Shown one piece after another: positions 5,337 to 13,419 of a DNA stretch of 32,000 bases. A program made the translations under genes and the position numbers. Each line of letters begins with the position of its first letter. Position 1 is the first letter of the stretch. The DNA is from a virus: positions 1 through 32,000 of IMG/VR virus record IMGVR_UViG_3300023506_000022, one strand, 5' to 3'. Under the pieces are notes generated by a model, which had not been told where the DNA came from, did no database searches, and saw only the letters and a program-made list of their open reading frames with translations.

Positions 5337-7187
5337 ATGGAGAATGAAAACAGAATAACGATACCCGATTTCAGTAAGGACGATTTTTTAATATCATCAA
5401 AACCGTTTCAATGGATAATAGACCAAGCTGACGGCAACGAGTTCATCAAAGGTCAGCTTGTGGCGCAAATGGCGGACAAAGCGAAAGAACTTGATGTATC
5501 AAACTTTCGGACGCAATTCAAAAACTACGTCAGAGCGCAAAAGGGTCAAAGCATTGTTTACGGCAACGTAATGGAGTTCAGTGGCACTGCAATAATGTGG
5601 GATACAGGCGAATGGATAGCAACTGATGACGGAGTGTATAGGTTTAAAGGACAGTTCAGCGAAAAAGTGACGGCGTGTCCACACCCGATATTTATGATAA
5701 CAAGATATTCAAATGTAGATACTGATGTTGAAAGTGTGCAACTTGTTTACGGCAGACCGGGACGAAATTACAAAACTAAAATCGTCCCACGTTCTGACCT
5801 TGCAAGTGCGAATAAAATCGTAAAATTAGCTGAATACGGTGTCGGTGTAACATCGGAAAACGCAAAGGCACTTGTACAGTTTTTAAGTGATTTTGAAAGT
5901 ATAAATTACGACAAAATAATCGAAAAGAAATCGTGCGATCATATGGGTTGGGTAGGCAGAGGATTTAAAGAATTTGCACCGTATATATCAGATTTGGAGT
6001 TTGAGGGACAGGACAGTTTCAGACAGTTATTTAATTCGGTAAGAGAGGTCGGCAGTTATGAAAAATGGCTTAAAACAATCAGAGATTACCGCAAAAACGG
6101 TAATATAGTTGTTCGCATGGTTATGGCGGCGAGTTTTGCGAGTGTACTGTTAAAACCGCTTGGAGCATTGCCGTTCTTCGTTCACCTATGGGGCGATACA
6201 GAAACGGGTAAATCGGTTGCGCTACTTGCGGCAGTGTCTGTATGGGCTGAGCCGGTTATCGGTAAATATGCCTATACATTCAATTCTACTGATGTAGGTA
6301 ATGAATTATATGCGGCGTGTTTAAATTCACTGCCGTTATGTATGGACGAATTGCAGATACTGAATAAACGTTCGGATTTTGATGATATAATATATCGTCT
6401 GTGCGAGGGTACGGGACGTTTACGCGGTAAAAAAGACGGTGGTATACAAAATATTAAGACGTGGCGAAATTGTATTATAACCACAGGCGAACGCCCGATA
6501 ACGTCAATGTCATCGGGTGGCGGTGCAGTCAATCGTGTTATTGAAATCGAATGTAACGGCGGTAAGTTCTTCAAAAATCCACGAGAATTTTGCAGAACAA
6601 TACAATCAAATTACGGTCACGCCGGTAAAGAATTTGTTGATAATTTAACCGGAAATATCGCCGAAGCACGAGCATTGCACGAAAAATACATTAAACTGTT
6701 GGAAGATAATACAGAGGCAACGGACAAACAAATTGCGTCAGCGGCGGCATTATTAACCGCTGATGAACTGTCTGAACGTTGGATATTTAATGACGGTGTA
6801 CGAATCAGTATAGATGATATTAAACCATATTTGCAGACCAAGGATATGTTGAACGTCAACAGACGTGCGTATGATTATCTGCGTGAAGAAATTATCGCAA
6901 ATCATAGCAATTTCACATCAAACGGCAATGAGTGTTGGGGAATAGAACAGGACGGCAATATATACATATTGAAAAATCGGTTTAATTCGATAATTACTGA
7001 CGGTGGATTTAATCCACAGTCAACACTTTCATGGATGATTCGTAACCATAAAATTGCACGTCACGAAAATGGCAGACGCGATATATCCAAGCGAATTAAC
7101 GGAGCAAAAGCACATTGTATCTGTATCTATGTAGACGATATAGACGACTATGAGGACATTGAAAATGATGAAGATTTACCATTTTAA
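5337..7187 (+). CDS. DUF927-type P-loop replicative helicase (primase/helicase-like)
   Basis: ORF track (5328..). The second ATG, at 5337, has AAGGA-N9. Walker A is GDTETGKSVALLAAVSVWAEP and Walker B is LCMDELQ. The C-terminus is ENDEDLPF. Confidence 0.85.
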   Translation: MENENRITIPDFSKDDFLISSKPFQWIIDQADGNEFIKGQLVAQMADKAKELDVSNFRTQFKNYVRAQKGQSIVYGNVMEFSGTAIMWDTGEWIATDDGVYRFKGQFSEKVTACPHPIFMITRYSNVDTDVESVQLVYGRPGRNYKTKIVPRSDLASANKIVKLAEYGVGVTSENAKALVQFLSDFESINYDKIIEKKSCDHMGWVGRGFKEFAPYISDLEFEGQDSFRQLFNSVREVGSYEKWLKTIRDYRKNGNIVVRMVMAASFASVLLKPLGALPFFVHLWGDTETGKSVALLAAVSVWAEPVIGKYAYTFNSTDVGNELYAACLNSLPLCMDELQILNKRSDFDDIIYRLCEGTGRLRGKKDGGIQNIKTWRNCIITTGERPITSMSSGGGAVNRVIEIECNGGKFFKNPREFCRTIQSNYGHAGKEFVDNLTGNIAEARALHEKYIKLLEDNTEATDKQIASAAALLTADELSERWIFNDGVRISIDDIKPYLQTKDMLNVNRRAYDYLREEIIANHSNFTSNGNECWGIEQDGNIYILKNRFNSIITDGGFNPQSTLSWMIRNHKIARHENGRRDISKRINGAKAHCICIYVDDIDDYEDIENDEDLPF

Positions 7188-7196
7188 TATAAAAAA

Positions 7197-7404
7197 GTGT
7201 CCCCAAGTCCCCAACGTCCTCAACAAAACTATAATGTATATATAGTAATATTTATTTGATTAATTATTAAAAATCAAAAAAATATTGTCCTATATAGAGT
7301 AATAAAAAATGTGTGGACATTGGGGACATATACCGATAAATCGCATAGGTATCGTATTCGGTAGCCCCCAATTTTAAAAATACTGTTTGGGGGCGTGGGG
7401 ACGC
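7197..7404. repeat. Ori-like region: GTCC(C/T)CAA iterons in opposite orientations flanking an AT-rich core, plus hairpins
   Basis: TGTCCCCAA (7198..7206), GTCCCCAA (7207..7214) and GTCCTCAA (7216..7223) sit on the left. The inverted copies GTGGACA (7313..7319), TTGGGGACA (7320..7328) and GTGGGGAC (7395..7402) sit on the right. An ~90-nt AT-rich stretch lies between them. There is also an 8-bp GC hairpin, 7364..7371 / 7387..7394. Confidence 0.5.
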
Positions 7405-7423
7405 ATATATAAGGAGTTAAACA

Positions 7424-8674
7424 ATGAAATTATTTGATTATCAAGAAAAAGCACTTGCATTGACAAGTGATAAAGATAATTCGGCATTTTACTATGATAT
7501 GGGATTAGGTAAGACGTTTATAGGCAGTGAACGATTACGATTATACGGTGAACGCGTGAATATAATTGTGTGTCAGAAGTCTAAAATCAAAGACTGGTGC
7601 GAGCATTTCAAAGAGCATTATACAGATTATGCAGTATTTGATTTGACTGATAAAAAGGATATGCAGACATTTATGATATATCCGATATACAAATGTATCG
7701 GTATCATAAATTATGAATTGGCTTACAGACGTGAAGAACTAAGGCAACTAAAGGATTTCACTATGATGTTAGATGAAAGTTCAATGATAAAAAATGAAAC
7801 TGCAAAACGTACGAAGTTCATATTATCGTTGAAACCGTCACACACAATATTGTTATCCGGTACACCGACAGACGGCAAGTATGAGTTCCTGTATTCGCAG
7901 TTACGATTGTTAGGTTGGAAGATTACAAAAACAGCATATTATAACCGATACATAAAAACGGAATTGCGAAGTTACGGCGGTCCAATGTTCAGAGTAGTTA
8001 CAGGATACAAGAATGTAAGCGAATTAAAGGCAAAACTAAAGGAATACGGAGCGGTATTTGCTAAGGCAGAAGAAGTTATTAAGTTACCTGAAAAGAAGTT
8101 TATCAAGGAATATTCGACTGTTTCATCAGACTATAAAAAGTTTATGAAAGACCGAGTAATCAAGATAGACGATAAGGAATTGACAGGCGACAGTACATTG
8201 TCAAAAAGACTGTATGCAAGAATGTTATGCAGTGCATATAGCAAAGACAAAATATCGCGATTAATTGATTTAGTTAATTCTACATCTGACAGGGTTATTA
8301 TATTCTACAATTTCAATACCGAACTTGAAGCATTAAGAAAAGTGCTGTTTGATAGACCGATAAGCATAGTAAACGGACAAGTTAAGGACCTAAAGGCATA
8401 CGAAAATAACGATAATTCAGTTACATTGATACAATATCAAGCCGGAGCTATGGGATTAAATTTGCAAAAGGCGAACAGAATTATATATTTTTCTCTGCCG
8501 GAACGTTCGGAACTGTTTGAGCAATCAAAAGCGAGGATATGCCGTATCGGTCAAGAAAAACAATGCTATTATCACATAATGATGTGTCATAAGAGCGTGG
8601 AAGAAAAGATATATGAGTGTCTGTTAATGCGAAAAGATTATACAGACGAATTATTCAGAAAGGAATTTGGCTGA
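7424..8674 (+). CDS. SNF2-family (SF2) helicase
   Basis: ORF track, 416 aa. Motif I GLGKT, motif II MLDESS, motif III LLSGTP, motif V QAGAMGLNLQ, motif VI QSKARICRIGQ. Confidence 0.9.
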   Translation: MKLFDYQEKALALTSDKDNSAFYYDMGLGKTFIGSERLRLYGERVNIIVCQKSKIKDWCEHFKEHYTDYAVFDLTDKKDMQTFMIYPIYKCIGIINYELAYRREELRQLKDFTMMLDESSMIKNETAKRTKFILSLKPSHTILLSGTPTDGKYEFLYSQLRLLGWKITKTAYYNRYIKTELRSYGGPMFRVVTGYKNVSELKAKLKEYGAVFAKAEEVIKLPEKKFIKEYSTVSSDYKKFMKDRVIKIDDKELTGDSTLSKRLYARMLCSAYSKDKISRLIDLVNSTSDRVIIFYNFNTELEALRKVLFDRPISIVNGQVKDLKAYENNDNSVTLIQYQAGAMGLNLQKANRIIYFSLPERSELFEQSKARICRIGQEKQCYYHIMMCHKSVEEKIYECLLMRKDYTDELFRKEFG

Positions 8675-8970
8675 TGGCAGAGGAAAAGAATTTTGAAAAT
8701 CGAGTTAAGCAATGGCTTAGAAGTAAAGGCTGTTATGTGGTTAAATATTATGGTTGCGGAGGTACAAGAGCGGGCGTTCCTGATTTGATTGTATGTGCAA
8801 ATGGTAGATTTATCGGTGTTGAAATTAAAGCTGAACACGGTAAGTTGGCACCGTTGCAACGCAGTCATTTAGATAAAATATTAACTTCCGGCGGTGCGGT
8901 GACAGTCCTTAGACCGTCTGAATTTGACGGATTTAAAAAGTTCATTGAGGAAGTGCTGAATGATGATTGA
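8674..8970 (+). CDS. VRR-NUC domain nuclease
   Basis: ORF track (8617..). ATG 8674 overlaps the SNF2 stop (TGATG) and follows AAAGGA-N9. The PD-(D/E)xK core is GVPDLIV...GVEIKAEHGKLAPLQ. Confidence 0.85.
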   Translation: MAEEKNFENRVKQWLRSKGCYVVKYYGCGGTRAGVPDLIVCANGRFIGVEIKAEHGKLAPLQRSHLDKILTSGGAVTVLRPSEFDGFKKFIEEVLNDD

Positions 8971-9241
8971 TAAAGCTACAAGAAATAAGCTGAAAGCTAA
9001 GGCAAACGAATTGTCGGATATATGTGTAACCGATGGCGAAAAGTTTGCAAAATGCTATGATGATATGTATAACAGTGGTGAATTTAATTGCGGGGAATGT
9101 TTCATCATAGCACGATTAGCTGATTTATATACTGCAATAAAACAGGGCATTATTGATAAAAATGACGGTGCTAAACAGCAAAGTGAGATATTTAAGGTGA
9201 TTGAATTGGAGGAGGATAAAAATGTTAACCCAAAAATATAA
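8960..9241 (+). CDS. Hypothetical protein, 93 aa
   Basis: ORF track. GAGGAAG RBS. Confidence 0.7.
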   Translation: MMIDKATRNKLKAKANELSDICVTDGEKFAKCYDDMYNSGEFNCGECFIIARLADLYTAIKQGIIDKNDGAKQQSEIFKVIELEEDKNVNPKI

Positions 9242-9509
9242 AAACGGATTTATAACGCTAAATGCGGAAAAGTTTTCGCCTGTGGCACAAGAAACCATAG
9301 ACAGAGAAATTAAAAATTTTGAGCCGATGAAAAAGGCAATAGAGAAGTTGTATGAGTATGAGCAAAAAGATATTCCGATGAAAATAATTATTGACGAAGA
9401 AAGTGGATTGAGTCATTGCCCTAATTGTGGCGATAGTAAATATATACTATTCGGCGATAAACTTTGCGTTGAATGCGGACAAGCATTGGATTGGACTGGA
9501 GTGATATGA
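9222..9509 (+). CDS. Hypothetical protein, 95 aa, with a C-terminal zinc ribbon
   Basis: ORF track (9201..). GGAGGAGG-N6-ATG at 9222. CPNCGDS...CVECGQ. Confidence 0.7.
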   Translation: MLTQKYKNGFITLNAEKFSPVAQETIDREIKNFEPMKKAIEKLYEYEQKDIPMKIIIDEESGLSHCPNCGDSKYILFGDKLCVECGQALDWTGVI

Positions 9510-9510
9510 A

Positions 9511-9759
9511 ATGAGAATAATTACGGACAAAAAAGACCGTTTCGGAAATTTTCCGATATGGTTTAACAGTCACAATTTGCGTGACATAAATGACTATCTG
9601 CAAAGTCGGTATGACGGATTCAAATTTGCAATGATAATTGACGCAAGCAAAGGAGAATGTGCACCGTTGGAAAAACCATTGCCGGTATATTTTTTAGATG
9701 AAATTGCTGAAGAAGCAGCAGAGTGGGCAGGGAAAAAATTAGTTGATAAAAATTTATAA
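9511..9759 (+). CDS. Hypothetical protein, 82 aa
   Basis: ORF track. GGAG lies about 10 nt upstream. Confidence 0.7.
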   Translation: MRIITDKKDRFGNFPIWFNSHNLRDINDYLQSRYDGFKFAMIIDASKGECAPLEKPLPVYFLDEIAEEAAEWAGKKLVDKNL

Positions 9760-9793
9760 AAAATATCGGTGAATAAGAAAGTGAGGAACAGTA

Positions 9794-10360
9794 ATGAAAG
9801 TAGAATTAAAAGCGAACGGTAAAACCGTTCAAGTTGAAATACCTGAGGAACAGTTAAAAGAGACAGTATTGTTTGAACAGCTAAAAAAGCTGGGATTGAT
9901 TGAGGATAAGCCTAAAACAGGATATGAGAGAAGAGAAGAATGTAACAATAAGAAGTATTATTTTGTCAATACTATAGATTTAGTAATAGAAGATGAGAAT
10001 ACCGTCCTATTTGACCAAAATCGTTATGATGTAGGCAATTATTACAGCGATAAAACCATTGCTGAGAACAATGCAAGAGCTGATAGGTTATTGCGTTGTT
10101 TAAGACAGTGGCAGGCACAAAATGACGAGCCTATTTCAGTAGAAGATTGGGAAGATAACGGCAAAAACAAGTGGTGTATCATATACGGTTATGGTCTTGA
10201 AAAATTGTATGTAGACTATTTTCATTGTATCCGATTGCATAATGTGATATATTTCACTACAAGAGAAAAAGCGGAGGAAGCCATCGAAGTATTCAAAGAT
10301 GAACTGATATGGTATTTTACTGAGTATGTTCAGAGATTAGACGAGGTGCAAAATGGCTAA
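9794..10360 (+). CDS. Hypothetical protein, 188 aa
   Basis: ORF track. GTGAGGAA RBS. Confidence 0.75.
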   Translation: MKVELKANGKTVQVEIPEEQLKETVLFEQLKKLGLIEDKPKTGYERREECNNKKYYFVNTIDLVIEDENTVLFDQNRYDVGNYYSDKTIAENNARADRLLRCLRQWQAQNDEPISVEDWEDNGKNKWCIIYGYGLEKLYVDYFHCIRLHNVIYFTTREKAEEAIEVFKDELIWYFTEYVQRLDEVQNG

Positions 10361-10523
10361 AGAACAATTATGTTGGACGTGTCAGAAAGCTTGTGGCGAT
10401 TGTTCGTGGAGCAGGTGCTTTCAGCCTGTAAAAGGGTGGACTGCTGAAAAGGTACACCGCAAGACATACGATTCGTATAGAATAACAAAGTGTCCGGAAT
10501 ATGTACCGGATAAGAAAGCATAG
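10353..10523 (+). CDS. Small Cys-rich protein, 56 aa
   Basis: Below the cutoff. GAGGTG RBS. MAKEQLCWTCQKACGDCSWSRCFQPVKGW...CPEY. It sits immediately upstream of the late regulator. Confidence 0.6.
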   Translation: MAKEQLCWTCQKACGDCSWSRCFQPVKGWTAEKVHRKTYDSYRITKCPEYVPDKKA

Positions 10524-10534
10524 GGGGAATTGAT

Positions 10535-10972
10535 TTGACGATTAAAGAATGTAAAGAATGGCTTTCGAGAGCGAGAAAGACGGACGAGGAGATTAACGCA
10601 TTGATTTTGGAGCAGGAGAGAGCATTGACAAACGCAACAAGCACTGTGGCTCAGTCGGGCAGTGAAAAGGTGCAGACGTCAAACGTGAATACTTCGGAGA
10701 ATAAGTTCATAAGCTATGCCGCGTATTCCGAATTGATAGATAAACGCATTGACAGACTGTATGAGATTAAAAAAGAGATTTTGGAAAACGTGAATAAACT
10801 CGACGACGCAACACTTCGGACTATATTAATTTTGCGTTATCTCAATTTTCAAACGTGGGAAATGATTGCTTGTAAAATGAATTACAGCTATATGCAAATA
10901 TGCCGTTTGCACGGCAAGGCTTTGAATTTAATTAAAGATGTTATAGAATGTTATATTGCATCTGTGATATAG
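10535..10972 (+). CDS. Sigma-70 region-4-like phage late transcription regulator (DUF1492-like)
   Basis: ORF track, 145 aa, with a TTG start after GGGGGAA. The C-terminal TLRTILILRYLNFQTWEMIACKMNYSYMQICRLHGKALNLI resembles a region-4 HTH. It holds the position upstream of the packaging genes. Confidence 0.75.
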   Translation: MTIKECKEWLSRARKTDEEINALILEQERALTNATSTVAQSGSEKVQTSNVNTSENKFISYAAYSELIDKRIDRLYEIKKEILENVNKLDDATLRTILILRYLNFQTWEMIACKMNYSYMQICRLHGKALNLIKDVIECYIASVI

Positions 10973-11003
10973 TGTATCGTGGAATTAGTAACATAAGCGG
11001 TGT

Positions 11004-11058
11004 ATCATCGTGAGATGATGGGTGAATATCTCGTGTGATTGGTGGGAATTGAGATATT
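11004..11058 (+). other. Two adjacent hairpins just downstream of the late-regulator gene
   Basis: ATCATC-GTGA-GATGAT (11004..11019; 6 bp, GNRA loop) and AATATCTC-N18-GAGATATT (11025..11058; 8 bp). They are followed by A7, not T, so this is not a terminator. Confidence 0.4.
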
Positions 11059-11142
11059 AAAAAAATTATTCTTCTAAAAAAGGAATTTTGTGTGATATTG
11101 TCGAATTATATACACAAATACAATTTTTACGGAGGATAAAGA

Positions 11143-11556
11143 ATGAAAGAACGTATATTAAAAACAAATAATGATGATGGAGAATATTTAAAATATCGTA
11201 AAGACTTAAAAAAGTTCTATGAAAACGAAACACTGGAATATTTAAAAAGTGAAAAATTGAGAATTGAAGTTCGTTATGAAGATAGAAAACAGAATGATGT
11301 GTATAGTAGATTGAGTTTTATTGTATCAATCATCGCATTATGTATGTCTATTTTGAATTTTTTCATATCTGAAAATGAAAGAGATTCCGTACTTTGGTAT
11401 ATAATTATGATTCTTGTTATCGTACTTGTTGCAAGCTTTTTGCTGATACGTTATAATATTCATAGGAGTGAAGAATTAATGCAATGCACCATAGCTTTAC
11501 AAGTTTTAGATGAACTGATAGCCGAAAAAGAAGAAAGCAATACAAACAACGGATAA
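11143..11556 (+). CDS. Two-TM membrane protein, 137 aa; moron candidate
   Basis: ORF track. GGAGGATAAAGA RBS. The TM helices are LSFIVSIIALCMSILNFFI and VLWYIIMILVIVLVASFLLI. The gene is more AT-rich than its neighbours and is followed by its own terminator. Confidence 0.8.
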   Translation: MKERILKTNNDDGEYLKYRKDLKKFYENETLEYLKSEKLRIEVRYEDRKQNDVYSRLSFIVSIIALCMSILNFFISENERDSVLWYIIMILVIVLVASFLLIRYNIHRSEELMQCTIALQVLDELIAEKEESNTNNG

Positions 11557-11597
11557 AAACAATACGATGTCACTGTTGTATCAAAATAAAATATAAG

Positions 11598-11624
11598 GCA
11601 CTATCGCATAGGTAGTGCTTTTTC
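11598..11624 (+). terminator. Intrinsic terminator after the 2-TM gene, 27 nt upstream of terS
   Basis: GCACTA(T)...(G)TAGTGC stem, 11598..11618, followed by TTTTT. Confidence 0.8.
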
Positions 11625-11651
11625 TATACCCAAAAACAGGAGGTGAAATTC

Positions 11652-12029
11652 ATGGCAAGACCGAGAAAGATTACGAAAGAGACAGTCCAAAAACTCGAAG
11701 AGGGATTTTTAATGGGGTTAAGTGACCGAGAGGCTTGTATTTATGCGGATATAGCGGTAAGCACGTTATACGATTACTGCAAGAAACACAAGGAGTTTTC
11801 GGAGCGAAAAGAGCTACTAAAAGACAATATCAAAATGAAGTCGAAATTAAACGTTGCACACGGGATAAAAAAAGGTGATATTAATTTGTCGTTATGGTAT
11901 CTTGAACGCAAATGCAAAGATGAATTTTCACCGAAACAGGAAATAACGCACAGTGGCACAATGGACATAAACAATCCTATGGCAAATCTTACGACTGACG
12001 AATTAAGGAAGTTGATAGGTGATGGATAA
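11652..12029 (+). CDS. terS: Terminase small subunit (HTH type)
   Basis: ORF track (11643..). AGGAGGTGA-N5-ATG. MARPRKITKETVQKLEEGFLMGLSDREACIYADIAVSTLYDY is an HTH N-terminus. It is directly upstream of terL and overlaps it. Confidence 0.8.
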   Translation: MARPRKITKETVQKLEEGFLMGLSDREACIYADIAVSTLYDYCKKHKEFSERKELLKDNIKMKSKLNVAHGIKKGDINLSLWYLERKCKDEFSPKQEITHSGTMDINNPMANLTTDELRKLIGDG

Positions 12030-13410
12030 AAATTTAATAATGCTTGAGGCGAAGAAAGAACTTGCACGACGCGAGTTCTTTTATTTTTGCCATTTAACCG
12101 CACCGTTATTCTACAAGCCGGAGCGAGAATTTCTTGTACGGTTATGCAATGAAATGCAATCGTTTTACGAAAGTGACGAGAACGCATTGATTATCAATTT
12201 ACCGCCGCGTCACGGCAAGAGCCGTACTGCGTCAATGTTTGTCGAATGGGTACTCGGCAGAAATCAAAGTGAAAAGATAATGACCGGCTCATACAATGAA
12301 ACGTTATCAACCACATTTTCAAAAGCGGTGCGTAATGCTATTCAAGAGGAAAAAGCGGATAAGGATAAGATTATTTACAGTGACATATTTCCGAATGTGA
12401 GGATAAAGCAAGGTGACGGAGCAATGAACCTGTGGAGTCTTGAGGGCGGTTACAACAACTATCTTGCAACATCGCCGTCCGGTACTGCGACAGGTTTCGG
12501 AGCAAGTTTACTTATAATCGACGACCTTATCAAAAATGCCGAGGAGGCATACAACGAAACAGTCAAAGAAAAACATTGGGAATGGTTTACGAACACAATG
12601 CTTTCACGACTTGAAGAAAAAGGCAAGATAATTATTATAATGACAAGATGGGCGTCGGGTGACCTTGCAGGGCGTGCGATTGAATATTTCAGCGAGAACG
12701 ACATATCGCACAGAGTAATCACGATGAAAGCCGTATGTGATGACGGCAATATGCTTTGTGATGAAATCTTGTCACGGAGCAGTTACGACTTAAAGATTAA
12801 GACAATGGGTGCGGACATAGCAAGTGCGAACTATCAGCAAGAGCCGATTGACTTGCAAGGCAAACTCTACACAACGCTTAAAACATACGACAGCTTACCG
12901 CCGATTACGCAAATACAATCATATTGCGATACCGCCGATACGGGTGCGGACTATCTCTGCAACATAATATACGGCATATACGGCAAAGAAGTATACGTCA
13001 TAGACGTGTATTATACCGACGAGCCTATGGAGGTTACAGAGGGTGAAACGGCACGCAGATTGTATGAGAACAACGTCAACCTTGCAAAGATTGAAAGCAA
13101 TAACGGCGGACGTTCGTTCGCAAGACGTGTGCGTGAAATCCTTGCCGAAAAGTACGGCAGTAATTTTACAACGGTGAAATGGTTTCACCAAAGCAATAAC
13201 AAAGAGGCACGAATATTATCCAACAGCACTTGGGTAATGGAGCATATATATTTTCCTTGCGACTGGCACATACGTTTTCCCGAATACTATAAGGCGATGA
13301 CGACATATCAACGTGAGGGCAGGAACAAGCACGACGACGCACCCGATGCAACAACGGGTATTGCGGAAATGATGAACAGGAAAAAGGGCGGACTGTCAAT
13401 TTTAAAGTAG
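12022..13410 (+). CDS. terL: Terminase large subunit
   Basis: ORF track, 463 aa. Walker A-like PPRHGKSRT, Walker B LLIIDDL, and a C-terminal nuclease region ending ...KHDDAPDATTGIAE. Confidence 0.92.
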   Translation: MDKNLIMLEAKKELARREFFYFCHLTAPLFYKPEREFLVRLCNEMQSFYESDENALIINLPPRHGKSRTASMFVEWVLGRNQSEKIMTGSYNETLSTTFSKAVRNAIQEEKADKDKIIYSDIFPNVRIKQGDGAMNLWSLEGGYNNYLATSPSGTATGFGASLLIIDDLIKNAEEAYNETVKEKHWEWFTNTMLSRLEEKGKIIIIMTRWASGDLAGRAIEYFSENDISHRVITMKAVCDDGNMLCDEILSRSSYDLKIKTMGADIASANYQQEPIDLQGKLYTTLKTYDSLPPITQIQSYCDTADTGADYLCNIIYGIYGKEVYVIDVYYTDEPMEVTEGETARRLYENNVNLAKIESNNGGRSFARRVREILAEKYGSNFTTVKWFHQSNNKEARILSNSTWVMEHIYFPCDWHIRFPEYYKAMTTYQREGRNKHDDAPDATTGIAEMMNRKKGGLSILK

Positions 13411-13419
13411 GTGATAAAA

